From a virus (lineage: Duplodnaviria; Caudoviricetes): a DNA stretch of 35,312 nt. The notes under the pieces were generated by a model. It was not told where the DNA came from, ran no database searches, and saw nothing but the letters and a program-made list of their open reading frames with translations. The position numbers and the translations under genes are program-made. Each line of letters starts with the position of its first letter. Within the stretch, counting starts at the first letter, position 1. The stretch covers positions 1 to 35,312 of IMG/VR virus record IMGVR_UViG_3300032327_000237; one strand, 5' to 3'. Positions 26,048-35,312 of the stretch are shown piece by piece.

Positions 26048-26663
26048 CGAAGGTTTTGACTTTGGCGGTGAGGACCTATCACAATTTGGAGTAATAAGTA
26101 ATGTATTAGAGCAATATGGCAACTTGTTTCTTGAGAATATAGACAAGTATGCAGACGAATTAAGTGTTACCAGTAGTGGTAGCTTACTTAAGTCTATGAG
26201 TGCTGAAATCAAAGACTCTAATAACATTAAGTCATTCACACTCAAGCTTTTAGATTATTACGATTATCCAAACGAAGGAGTAAAAGGTGTTGATAGTAGC
26301 AATAACGCTCCCGACTCACCATATCAATACAAAAACTACGGAATGCCACCGGAGGCCCTAAGTAGCTTAAAAAAATACATACTTAGTGGAAAAGCTAAAA
26401 TTGCTAGTGTTAAAAATGACAAAGCACTAGGAATTGGACAAGAAAAGAAAGGATTAAAGCAAAGAGACAAAAAAGCACTTATAGAACGTCAAGTGTTGAC
26501 TATGGCTTATTTGATTAAAAAATATGGTATTAAAGCAACGCACTATTTTGACCTAGCTTTTGAAGATACGTTTAAAGATTTTGACGACGTAATGACAGAG
26601 GCGCTTGGTGAGGATGTGCAAATAACAATAGACTTAATGAGCAAGAAATATGGCAATAACTAA
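26007..26663 (+). CDS. Putative neck/tail completion protein (HK97 gp10-like)
   Basis: SSGSLLKSM, YYDYPNEGVKG, IKKYGIKATHYF motifs. Confidence 0.6.
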   Translation: MSINISSAQKKALSEGFDFGGEDLSQFGVISNVLEQYGNLFLENIDKYADELSVTSSGSLLKSMSAEIKDSNNIKSFTLKLLDYYDYPNEGVKGVDSSNNAPDSPYQYKNYGMPPEALSSLKKYILSGKAKIASVKNDKALGIGQEKKGLKQRDKKALIERQVLTMAYLIKKYGIKATHYFDLAFEDTFKDFDDVMTEALGEDVQITIDLMSKKYGNN

Positions 26664-27786
26664 TTTAGCTTACCCAAGTGGTAGCCCATCGTTACAAGAT
26701 AGCTTGTGGCACATTTTTGATAGCAACATTACAAGCACCGACTTAAAATATGTCGTTGATTTGTTCGTAGGCGGAGTGCAACAAGTAAGAGTTAAAATAT
26801 ATCCAGAGCCACTAAGTGGATTAGGTTATTTTGATGCTGGACCTATTGTTCGTAATACTATTACTTATCAATGGTTTACACCTAAAGAAGAGTTATTAGT
26901 TTGTGAGCCAAACGTAAGCGGTGAAGTAGCGCAAACTTACCAATATAGAATAGGTGATGAAGCAAGCGGTATAACTAATTTAAATTTAGCTAGTGGTAAT
27001 GTTACGGCTTATAATTGGACGGCTCCAGTATTTAAAAGAAAGGTAAGTGATATTAGCACTTATAACGGAAAAGCATTTACTAATAGACCTAGCACAATTG
27101 ATTTAAATTTAACAGATAATTTATACATAGGAGCTAAGCAAGTAAGCGGCGTAACTATTGCGACTTATAATGAAAGCAACACATTAATAACCAGCACTAA
27201 TTTAACATTAACTACATTAAGACAATTTGTTCAATTAAACATTGGACCTAATGCTTTAAATACAACTTACGGAAGTAGTTTAATAAATAGCTCGGTTAAA
27301 TATTATATGGTTACAATTGGAACAAGTATTTTTAGAGTTAATGTTTTATGCAATCCAAAATATGAAAGTAATAACTTACACTTTATTAATCATTTAGGAG
27401 TTTTTGATACCGCCGTATTTGATTTATCTAGTAGGTTAATGATGGACGTACAAAGAAAAGGTTTTGAAAAAAGGGATTATACCTATGGCGCAACGTCTGT
27501 TAATTACTTTGATGCTAATAAAAAATATGTTGATAGCAAAGTAAACTACTTAAATATTAAAGACCATAGTTATAAACTTACAATGAATGCGCCAACAGAC
27601 GCTGACTACGAATGGCTTGCAGAATTAATAGACTCACCTCAAGTTTATTTTGAGTTAGATGGTTATTATTATCCAGTAAGCATTAAGAATAATAATTACG
27701 AGTATAGTAAATACATAAATAATAGACTTAGAGTTTTTGAGGTTGAAATTGATATTAACCAAACGCGTTATAGCCAATTAAGATAA
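26650..27786 (+). CDS. Tail structural protein (distal tail/baseplate-like)
   Basis: 378 aa beta-rich; FINHLGVFD and WLAELIDSPQVY motifs; upstream of the tail tip gene. Confidence 0.6.
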   Translation: MAITNLAYPSGSPSLQDSLWHIFDSNITSTDLKYVVDLFVGGVQQVRVKIYPEPLSGLGYFDAGPIVRNTITYQWFTPKEELLVCEPNVSGEVAQTYQYRIGDEASGITNLNLASGNVTAYNWTAPVFKRKVSDISTYNGKAFTNRPSTIDLNLTDNLYIGAKQVSGVTIATYNESNTLITSTNLTLTTLRQFVQLNIGPNALNTTYGSSLINSSVKYYMVTIGTSIFRVNVLCNPKYESNNLHFINHLGVFDTAVFDLSSRLMMDVQRKGFEKRDYTYGATSVNYFDANKKYVDSKVNYLNIKDHSYKLTMNAPTDADYEWLAELIDSPQVYFELDGYYYPVSIKNNNYEYSKYINNRLRVFEVEIDINQTRYSQLR

Positions 27787-27787
27787 C

Positions 27788-30700
27788 ATGACAAGAATTT
27801 TTATTGAAGGATACGAACTGGATTTAACGCAAGGCATAAGTAATCAAATTACTTATGCTATTGATGATTTGCATAACTTAGATAGTAAAAGTACAAGCTT
27901 TAGTAAAACAATTGTATTACCCGGAACTGCTAAAAATAATAAGCTTCTAGGTAATATCTTTGATTTTAATAATGCAAACTTTGATAATCCTTTAGAGCCT
28001 AACGTATTGCAAAACTTTAACGCAGCACGCAACGCCATTGCTCGTATTGAAGTAGACGGATTACAGATTATAAAAGGAGTTTTAAGACTACTTGAAATAA
28101 TAAACTTAGACGATGCAATAGAATATGAGTGCGCAATATTTGGAGAATTAGGCGGATTTATTAACGCACTTGGAAATAAAAGATTAACTGGTAATGATAA
28201 TCCTTTAGATGACTTAGACTTTAGTATTTATAACCATACTTATAGTTATGCTAATATTGTAAGTAGTTGGGACACGTCTGGTAGCACCGGTTATTGTTAT
28301 CCACTTATTGATTATGGTAATGTTAGTACTGGAGCTTATGGTATTGCTAAAAAAGATTTTCAATACAATACATTTAAACCAGCTTTATTTGTAAGAGAAT
28401 ATTTAAATAAAATATTTAATGCTAGCGGATATACTTACGAATGTGCTTTATTTGATACTACAATTTTTAGAAATTTAGTTATACCATGTAATCAAAAGAT
28501 AATTACAAAAGAAACAAGTAACGTTCTTAACTTAACTAAGTCAATAGGTCAGTCAATGAATACTGGTGGCACGCAAGACTTTATTAGTTATGAAACTAAA
28601 GTAGGTGCTTTATTTACTGCAAGTGCTGGTGATACTATATTTACTTATACTGGAACGCCAACATTAACAACAACTTTAAATATTGAAATACAAGGAGAAT
28701 ATAGTTTAAGTGTAAGACCTTTAACAATAGCAGTACTTAAAAATGGTACAATTATACCCGGCTCAAGTGTAACATATAATGGAAGCGATTTGCTTTATTA
28801 TAATAAAACTTTGTCAGTATCACTAGCTACAAGTGACTCATTAAGAGTAAGGACAAGTCTAGTAATTAATGGGGGAGATTTTGTGCAAGTTAATGAAAGT
28901 ACAATAAGTATAATTAATAGCGTTGCAACAACTGCGCCAATTGGACTAGGTGAAACAATGCTTATAAATAATACTATTCCGAGAGGTATTTTTCAAAAGG
29001 ATTTTGTTACCTCTATTATGAAAATGTTTAACTTAATGATTGTAGAGGATAAATATAAAACTAATCATTTAATAATTAAACCTTATATAGACTTTTACGA
29101 TGGTACTATTATTGATTGGTCCGACAAATTAGATAGGAGTAAACCTATTAAAATAAAACCTATGAGCGAAATAAACGCTCGATATTATAATTTTAAATTT
29201 AAGCAAGACAATGATTTCTACAATGAAGATTATACTAAGAAATTTAATGAGGGATATGGTGATAGGATATACGATAATGGTTTGGAATTTGCAAAAGATA
29301 CTGAAAGCGTTGAAGTAATCTTTGCATCAAGTCCTTTATATGGTACAAATACAACAGATAAAGTTTTCCCAGCTATTTATAAGAAATCTAGCGAAAATAC
29401 AAAAGAGGACCCAATGGACCATATTATACGTATACTACAAGTAAAGAAATTAAGTGGTGTTGCAAGTTGGTCTATTTATAATTTATTTACTAACTTAGGA
29501 AATAATACTAGTTATCTTTATGGTGGTCATTTAAACGACCCAATTACACCTAGCATAGATTTAAACTATGGGGCACCGCAGCAATTATTTTTTAATTTAA
29601 CAAGTGGTAACTTAAGTAATAACTTATTTAATACTTACTACTCACCTTATATGTCGGAAATTACCGATAAAGATAGCCGTTTACTAACTGGCTTTTTTGA
29701 TTTAAAACAACTTGATATTTATAATATAGACTTTGCTAAGTTTATTTATATAGATGGCGGATTATATAGAATAAGTAAAATAAGTGATTATAGCACCGAA
29801 GGTAATGAAACTACAAAAGTAGAGTTATTACGTGTAATTGATAAGTTTACTATTGTTATTGATGTAACGCCAAATTGGGTAAGTCAAGGATTTAATACTT
29901 GTAGCAGTTGTGCTAATTACTTAGTTTATAGAGACATTAATCCAAGTAGCCCTACTTATAATAACTATCAAGTTAATGGAGTTAATGTAGGTAATACGGC
30001 TCCAGCAAATGGAAATTGTGTTACTACTGGATTTTGGACAAGTCAATCTTATACTACTTGTATTGATTGTGCTAATTTAGACGTTCAAAGAGACACTAAC
30101 GCTTGTAGCGCAACATATAATCAATATAGAGCTGGAGGCGTTGTATTAGGCCTTACCGCTCCAGCAAGTGGCCTTTGTAATGTAACACCTAATTTTGTTA
30201 GTCAATCTTATAATACTTGCGTTGATTGTGTTAATTATCTTGTTTATAGAGACACAACACCTTGTAGCCCTACTTATAATAATTATAGAGTTAATGGAGT
30301 TAATGTAGGCCTTACCGCTCCAGCAAATGGAAATTGCGTTACTACTGCTACTTGGACGAGTCAAGCTTATAATACTTGTATTGATTGTGTTAATTATTTA
30401 GTTTACAGAGACACTAATCCTTGTAGTGCTACTTTTAATAATTACCGAGTAAACGGAGTTAACGTAGGTAATACGGCTCCAGTAAATGGAAATTGCAATA
30501 CTACTGCTACTTGGACAAGTCAAGCTTATAATACTTGCGTTGATTGTACTAATTATCTTGTTTATAGAGACACTAATCCTTGTAGTGCTACTTTTAATAA
30601 TTATAAGGTTAACGATGTTAACGTAGGTAATACCGCACCAACAAACGGAAATTGTGTTACTACTGCAAGATGGGTAAGAGACGGCGATGAATTTTGTTTT

Positions 30701-31783
30701 AACTGCGTAGCTTATCAACCTCAAAGAGACACTAATCCTTGTAGTGCTACTTACAATACTACAAGAAATTTAAATCAAGGTGCATCTTCACCTTGCGTTT
30801 ACGATGCTACTTGGACAAGTCAAGGTTATAATACGTGCGTAAGTTGTGTTAACTATTTAGTTTATAGAGATACAAATGCTTGTAGTGCTACTTATAATAA
30901 CTACCGAGTAAACGGAGTTAACGTAGGTAATACGGCACCAGCAAACGGAAATTGTGTTACTACTGCTAATTGGGTTAATAATGGAGCTACATTTTGTTCT
31001 AGCTGCGTAGCTTATCAACCTCAAATAGATAATAACCCTTGTAGTGCAACTTACAATACTACAAGAAATGTAAACTTAGGCGCTGCGGCACCTTGTAATT
31101 ATACCGCAAACTATGCAACAAATGTAGGAAATTTATATGTGTGCAATGTTCCAAATGGTGGCGTTAATACATACATAGTATATCAAAATACAAATGCTTG
31201 CTTTACTGGTAATCAATTCTATGCAAATGGTAATAGTTACGCAACTAATCCTAGTAATAGTTATCCAGATACTACACAAAATTGGGTTTCAAATGGTGCT
31301 AACTATTGCGTAGGTGTTGATTTATATCAACCTCAAAAACAAAATAATCCTTGCGCAGTTAATTACAATGGAGTAAGAGACCAATTAATACAAGCTAATT
31401 CTCCAACTTGTTCCGAAAGTTATACAATGAGTAATTGCTTAGGTGGTGGCGGCACTACATATAGCGCAACTTACGTATTAGGTAGCTTTAGTATTAATGA
31501 GCGAGTAACAAGTAGTGGAGTAACTTATGTTATTACTGGTACTACAACGCCAACTGCGGGTATATCAATAACAACTACTGGATTAACTGGATGTCCACAA
31601 TATACCCAGTTTACCGATTTATGTACAAGTGCAACTTATTACATACTTGGAACTGGTTATAGCAGCGTTGGAACAAGTAGCGACATACCGGATGCGTGTT
31701 TGCAACCAACCGGCACAACGTCAACACCAACTGGAACCCAAATATATAATTTCACTAGCAACCCAAGTTGTGAGTGTGTATAA
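27788..31783 (+). CDS. Tail tip/baseplate hub protein with C-terminal Cys-rich repeat extension
   Basis: N-terminal FSKTIVLPGTxKNN, YPLIDYG, KMFNL, DWSDKLD motifs; about 10 Cys-rich repeats after aa 694. Confidence 0.75.
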   Translation: MTRIFIEGYELDLTQGISNQITYAIDDLHNLDSKSTSFSKTIVLPGTAKNNKLLGNIFDFNNANFDNPLEPNVLQNFNAARNAIARIEVDGLQIIKGVLRLLEIINLDDAIEYECAIFGELGGFINALGNKRLTGNDNPLDDLDFSIYNHTYSYANIVSSWDTSGSTGYCYPLIDYGNVSTGAYGIAKKDFQYNTFKPALFVREYLNKIFNASGYTYECALFDTTIFRNLVIPCNQKIITKETSNVLNLTKSIGQSMNTGGTQDFISYETKVGALFTASAGDTIFTYTGTPTLTTTLNIEIQGEYSLSVRPLTIAVLKNGTIIPGSSVTYNGSDLLYYNKTLSVSLATSDSLRVRTSLVINGGDFVQVNESTISIINSVATTAPIGLGETMLINNTIPRGIFQKDFVTSIMKMFNLMIVEDKYKTNHLIIKPYIDFYDGTIIDWSDKLDRSKPIKIKPMSEINARYYNFKFKQDNDFYNEDYTKKFNEGYGDRIYDNGLEFAKDTESVEVIFASSPLYGTNTTDKVFPAIYKKSSENTKEDPMDHIIRILQVKKLSGVASWSIYNLFTNLGNNTSYLYGGHLNDPITPSIDLNYGAPQQLFFNLTSGNLSNNLFNTYYSPYMSEITDKDSRLLTGFFDLKQLDIYNIDFAKFIYIDGGLYRISKISDYSTEGNETTKVELLRVIDKFTIVIDVTPNWVSQGFNTCSSCANYLVYRDINPSSPTYNNYQVNGVNVGNTAPANGNCVTTGFWTSQSYTTCIDCANLDVQRDTNACSATYNQYRAGGVVLGLTAPASGLCNVTPNFVSQSYNTCVDCVNYLVYRDTTPCSPTYNNYRVNGVNVGLTAPANGNCVTTATWTSQAYNTCIDCVNYLVYRDTNPCSATFNNYRVNGVNVGNTAPVNGNCNTTATWTSQAYNTCVDCTNYLVYRDTNPCSATFNNYKVNDVNVGNTAPTNGNCVTTARWVRDGDEFCFNCVAYQPQRDTNPCSATYNTTRNLNQGASSPCVYDATWTSQGYNTCVSCVNYLVYRDTNACSATYNNYRVNGVNVGNTAPANGNCVTTANWVNNGATFCSSCVAYQPQIDNNPCSATYNTTRNVNLGAAAPCNYTANYATNVGNLYVCNVPNGGVNTYIVYQNTNACFTGNQFYANGNSYATNPSNSYPDTTQNWVSNGANYCVGVDLYQPQKQNNPCAVNYNGVRDQLIQANSPTCSESYTMSNCLGGGGTTYSATYVLGSFSINERVTSSGVTYVITGTTTPTAGISITTTGLTGCPQYTQFTDLCTSATYYILGTGYSSVGTSSDIPDACLQPTGTTSTPTGTQIYNFTSNPSCECV
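29870..31411 (+). repeat. Ten tandem Cys-rich repeats (mostly 53 aa/159 bp; short variants about 47 aa)
   Basis: Consensus WxSQxYNTCxxCxNYLVYRDTNPCSxTYNNYRVNGVNVGNTAPxNGNCxTT. Confidence 0.95.
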
Positions 31784-31796
31784 AAAATAAAAAATA

Positions 31797-33782
31797 ATGG
31801 CAAAAAAGACAAAAGTAATAGGCGCAAAGATTGAAGTTGATACCTCGGGTGCCAGTAAATCTGTAAGTGAATTAGGAAAAGAATTAGGTAGCTTATCACC
31901 AGCTGCAAAAAAAGCTGGTGATGCTGCAAACCTTTTTAATAATGCTTTAAATATTATTAGGGCAAACCCAATAATTGCAGTAGTTACAACCCTTGTAGGA
32001 GTGGTAACAGCACTATTCCAGCCATTTAAAAAAATGGAGGGTGTAAGTGATGCGCTTGGTAAATCTTTTGGAATCTTAAGCGGTATATTTACTACGTTTA
32101 TAACCAAAATACTTACTCCATTAATAGACGGATTTATACAATTTACCGAAGTTATTAATAATGGTTTAATAGGTGCGCTTGATGCGTTAGGTATTTCAAG
32201 TAAAGCAACAAGTGAACGCTTTGGAGAAATTACAGAGGCCCTAGATGACCTAGACGATGCGCAAAGAAATTCAGCTTTAGCAACTGCGGAATCAAATAGA
32301 AAATTACAAGAAGCTAGAGAAATTGCAGCGGATGCAAATAGACCAATAAAAGAAAGAGTTATAGCTTTAAAAGAAGCAGCAAGAATAGAAAAAGAAGAGA
32401 CAGACAAAGTCATAGCTATTAATAAGCAAAGGGCTTCTTTATTATTAGAGCAACTTGCACTAGAACTTGGAGCACGTGAAAATGTTTTAAAAGTTATTAG
32501 AAGTGGAACTTTAGAGAATTTAAAGATAGCACGTGCCGAGTTAATGGGTATGAAAAACATTGACAAAGATAAGCTTGCGGCTATTGATGCACTTATTATT
32601 GCCGCTGAAGATGCCGGCGCACAAAGTGCTAAAATTGCAAAGCGCACGCAAGGTCAAGTTAATGCAATAGAAAAAGAAGGACAAGCAAAAGCACTAGAAC
32701 AAAAAAATAAGGCATTTGAAGATAAGCTAAAGCTTATGGAGGCAAACGATAAGCTTGACATAGCAGCGCTTGATAAGCAAAAAGCTATTGCTTTAAATAC
32801 TGCTAAGAGTGAGCAAGAAAAACTAGACATAGAGATTTTATATGCAAAAAAATCTTTTGATTTAAGAAATAAAGATTTACTAGATAAGCAAGGACTTTAT
32901 AAAAAAGATAGCTTAGAATACAAAACATTGCAAGCAGAAATTATAAAGCTTGGCACAGAAAACATAGACAAGCAAACAGAGCTTGCGGATAAGCAAAAAG
33001 TAATAGATACTAAAATTACAGATGATAAAAAGAAAGCTTTAGAAGATAGATTAAAGTCTCAACAAGAATGGGACGCTTTTTATTATAAACAATTAGAAGA
33101 TTTAAAAAAACTAGAGCAAGAAAGACAAGACTCAATTCTTGCAATCAATATAGCAATTAGTCAAAGCTGGATTAATTTAGGTACTAATATAGCTAATACT
33201 ATTGGTAATCTTAATAGTGTATTTGCTGAAGGTAGCGACTTAGCTAAAGTATTTGGAATTGCTCAAGTTGCAATTTCTACGGCTGCAAGTATAGGCTCAA
33301 TTTTACAAAGTGGCAGACAACAACAAGCGGAATATAACAAAGCTATTGCCGCTGGTAATGCTACAATTGGTATAGGTATTGCTAATGCTTTTATTCCGGG
33401 AATGCAAGGCTTAGCAGCTTCGCAAATATTATCTGGTAAAGCCGCGGTCGGTGCCGCAATGGTAGGAAAGGGAGTTTCTAAAGCTAATACAATAGCTCAA
33501 GCAGTTGGTGCCGGTGTATCTGGTGCGGCACAAATAGCAGCTATTTTAGCAGCTGGTAAAAGCAAAAGTGCGCCATCAACTGGAGGCGGAGGTGGTGCGG
33601 ACGGAGGTAGTAGCGTAGTTGCAAGCGCTCCATTGTTACCAATGGCATCAACAACAACTTTAAACCAAGCGCAAGTTAACCAAATGGGCAACCAGTCACA
33701 AAGGGCCTATGTAGTTGAAAGCGACATAAGCGGCAATCAAGAACGTATTATAAGGCTTAACAGAGCGGCAAGAATAAACTAA
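31797..33782 (+). CDS. Tape measure protein
   Basis: 661 aa, Ala/Lys/Glu-rich helical; ANPIIAVV motif, long coiled coil, hydrophobic Gly/Ala C-terminal part, RAYVVESDI end. Confidence 0.8.
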   Translation: MAKKTKVIGAKIEVDTSGASKSVSELGKELGSLSPAAKKAGDAANLFNNALNIIRANPIIAVVTTLVGVVTALFQPFKKMEGVSDALGKSFGILSGIFTTFITKILTPLIDGFIQFTEVINNGLIGALDALGISSKATSERFGEITEALDDLDDAQRNSALATAESNRKLQEAREIAADANRPIKERVIALKEAARIEKEETDKVIAINKQRASLLLEQLALELGARENVLKVIRSGTLENLKIARAELMGMKNIDKDKLAAIDALIIAAEDAGAQSAKIAKRTQGQVNAIEKEGQAKALEQKNKAFEDKLKLMEANDKLDIAALDKQKAIALNTAKSEQEKLDIEILYAKKSFDLRNKDLLDKQGLYKKDSLEYKTLQAEIIKLGTENIDKQTELADKQKVIDTKITDDKKKALEDRLKSQQEWDAFYYKQLEDLKKLEQERQDSILAINIAISQSWINLGTNIANTIGNLNSVFAEGSDLAKVFGIAQVAISTAASIGSILQSGRQQQAEYNKAIAAGNATIGIGIANAFIPGMQGLAASQILSGKAAVGAAMVGKGVSKANTIAQAVGAGVSGAAQIAAILAAGKSKSAPSTGGGGGADGGSSVVASAPLLPMASTTTLNQAQVNQMGNQSQRAYVVESDISGNQERIIRLNRAARIN

Positions 33783-33817
33783 AAGTACATTAAGCACAAA
33801 AAAGATATTTATTAAGT

Positions 33818-34846
33818 ATGGACTTACCTATTTACGAACTTAAGATTCAAGAAGAGTTGCAAGACGATGCCGAGGTTTCGTTTATTGCACTTGTAGACAA
33901 GCCGGCCATTCAGCGTGATTTTGTAGCATTTACTCAAGATTTTATACAACCAAATAAAGGCGAAGGCAAAGATGCATTTTTACCTAGGTGCATAAGCTAT
34001 GTAATTAATGAAGGTAAAGAAAGTGAGCAAGCAGTAGCTATTTGTAATTCTATGTGGGAACAACACTTTGCAGCTGCTAAAGTTTCATTTGATTATGATG
34101 ATACCTTAAGTACTGATAGGGGCAAAGAAATGGCTAAAAGAGCAATAGCAGCTGGAAATACGCTTTATATTATTTCAGCTAGACAAGATAAAGAAGGAAT
34201 GCTAAGCGTAGCTAAAGAATTAGGCATACCAGAAAGCAGAGTTTATGCAACTGGCTCAAATAAAGCTAAAGTTGAAAAAATTAAAGAACTTGGAATTTCT
34301 AAACATATAGATAATAATGCAGACGTAATTAAAGAACTTGGACCAATTGGCTCTAAGTTTAATTTTGAAATGTTTGCTATTCAAGATGAAGATAAGCATA
34401 TTATAAGTGGACCATTAATGTTAGCGGATAAACCTATTTATAGAAATAATAGCAAATTTGGAGAACATTATGTCGTATTTAGTGCCGACACTATTAAAGA
34501 TATTGCGATTAAATTTAGCAAAAAAGGCTACCAAGGTAACGTTAATTTAATGCATGACCAAGATATGCAGCTAGATGGTCTTATAATGTTTGAAAGCTTT
34601 TTAGTTGATAAAGCTAGAGGTATACACCCAATGTCGGGGTTTGAAGATGCAAAAGATGGTAGCTGGTTTGGTAGCTTTTATGTAGAAAATCAACAAGCTT
34701 GGGATTTAATTAAACAAGGTAAAGTAAAAGGTTTTAGCGTTGAGGGTTACTTTGAATATCCTACCGAAACTAAAGCTCCTACTTATGCAGAACAAAAGCT
34801 AGCAGAACTAGCAGAACTATTAAAAGTACCTTTAACACATAAATAA
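33818..34846 (+). CDS. Prohead maturation protease (XkdF-like serine protease) with inserted HAD-like domain
   Basis: IALVDKPAI, GPLMLADKPIYR, NLMH, GSWFGS, WDLIKQGKVKGFSVEG; insertion with FDYDDTL. Confidence 0.8.
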   Translation: MDLPIYELKIQEELQDDAEVSFIALVDKPAIQRDFVAFTQDFIQPNKGEGKDAFLPRCISYVINEGKESEQAVAICNSMWEQHFAAAKVSFDYDDTLSTDRGKEMAKRAIAAGNTLYIISARQDKEGMLSVAKELGIPESRVYATGSNKAKVEKIKELGISKHIDNNADVIKELGPIGSKFNFEMFAIQDEDKHIISGPLMLADKPIYRNNSKFGEHYVVFSADTIKDIAIKFSKKGYQGNVNLMHDQDMQLDGLIMFESFLVDKARGIHPMSGFEDAKDGSWFGSFYVENQQAWDLIKQGKVKGFSVEGYFEYPTETKAPTYAEQKLAELAELLKVPLTHK

Positions 34847-34857
34847 TATATATAAAC

Positions 34858-35312
34858 ATGGAACAAGCACAAAACATTCTTAACAAAGTTTCTATGTTCT
34901 TTGCAGAACTTGTAGGAAACGAAGCAATGCCAATGCCTAGCGGAGAAACTGCGGCACCGGTAAAAATGATGCAAGCTAAATTATTAGACGGCACCATTGT
35001 TGAAGTAAGTGATTTAGCAGTAGGTGGAATTGTTACTATTGATGGTCTACCAGCTCCGGTTGGTGAACATACTTTAGAAACAATGGACACTATTGTTGTT
35101 GGTGACAATGGCGTTATTATGGAAATTAAGCCTAAAGTTGAAGATATGCCAACAATGGAAGTTCCAGTAGTTGAAGACATGAGCGCAAAGTTTGCAGCTT
35201 TTGAGTCAGCAACAAACGAAAAATTCACCGCTTATGAGTCTAAATTTGCTCAATACGAAGCTAAATTAGGCCAAGCAAACAAAGTAATTGAAGGCCTTAT
35301 GCAAATTAGCAA
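34858..35312 (+). CDS. Putative capsid scaffolding protein, 5' part (joins to 124-247; about 192 aa total)
   Basis: ATG at 34858 (MEQAQNILNKVSMFFAELVG...), open to the window end, lies between protease and major capsid genes; missing from the ORF track because it spans the join. Confidence 0.75.
   Translation, partial: MEQAQNILNKVSMFFAELVGNEAMPMPSGETAAPVKMMQAKLLDGTIVEVSDLAVGGIVTIDGLPAPVGEHTLETMDTIVVGDNGVIMEIKPKVEDMPTMEVPVVEDMSAKFAAFESATNEKFTAYESKFAQYEAKLGQANKVIEGLMQIS
35190..35312. repeat. 123-bp direct terminal repeat (right copy)
   Basis: Identical to 1-123; lies inside an ORF that continues across the join. Confidence 0.97.

Noticed and set aside
29870-31411. Repeats as a CRISPR array or diversity-generating retroelement TR/VR pair
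   Set aside because: Units are in-frame coding repeats with no unique spacers, differences are not adenine-specific, and no reverse transcriptase or cas operon is present
31721-32647. 308-aa antisense ORF
   Set aside because: Shadow of the tape measure gene; low-complexity S/A/L/I composition typical of reverse frames
34779-35228. 149-aa minus-strand ORF
   Set aside because: Antisense shadow of the scaffold gene that spans the circular join
1-35312. Alternative genetic code or tRNA genes
   Set aside because: Long genes are intact under the standard code, TAA, TAG and TGA all serve as stops, and no cloverleaf was seen in the few intergenic gaps

Overview
The window is a complete, circularly assembled tailed-phage genome of about 35.2 kb: bases 1-123 are repeated exactly at 35190-35312, and a scaffold-like ORF runs across the join. 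It is probably a siphovirus of a Bacteroidota host, judged from TAnnTTTG promoters, A-rich leaders without Shine-Dalgarno sequences, and D-[ST]-[TIV] sequons in a lipoprotein. The + strand carries the virion genes (protease, scaffold, capsid, tail tube, portal, neck, fibre) and a lysis cassette. A leftward early block carries a DnaA-C-like HTH protein, an SF2 helicase, exonucleases and an SSB. A rightward block carries VRR-NUC, a primase-polymerase/helicase, an iteron-like origin, a sigma factor, small CxxC proteins, two glycosyltransferases with an LpxA-like acyltransferase, terminase, a frameshifted tail chaperone, the tail tip and the tape measure. I saw no integrase, tRNA, CRISPR array or methyltransferase. 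The most interesting signals are: a tail protein whose Cys pattern implies a disulfide-stapled repeat chain, with candidate phage-encoded CxxC redox proteins; cargo domains (HAD phosphatase, wHTH, MuF-like) fused into the protease and portal and bounded by F-A motifs; a late glycosylation cassette; and apparent avoidance of CAGG/CCTG and GATC. All family calls come from recognising motifs by eye, not from database searches.
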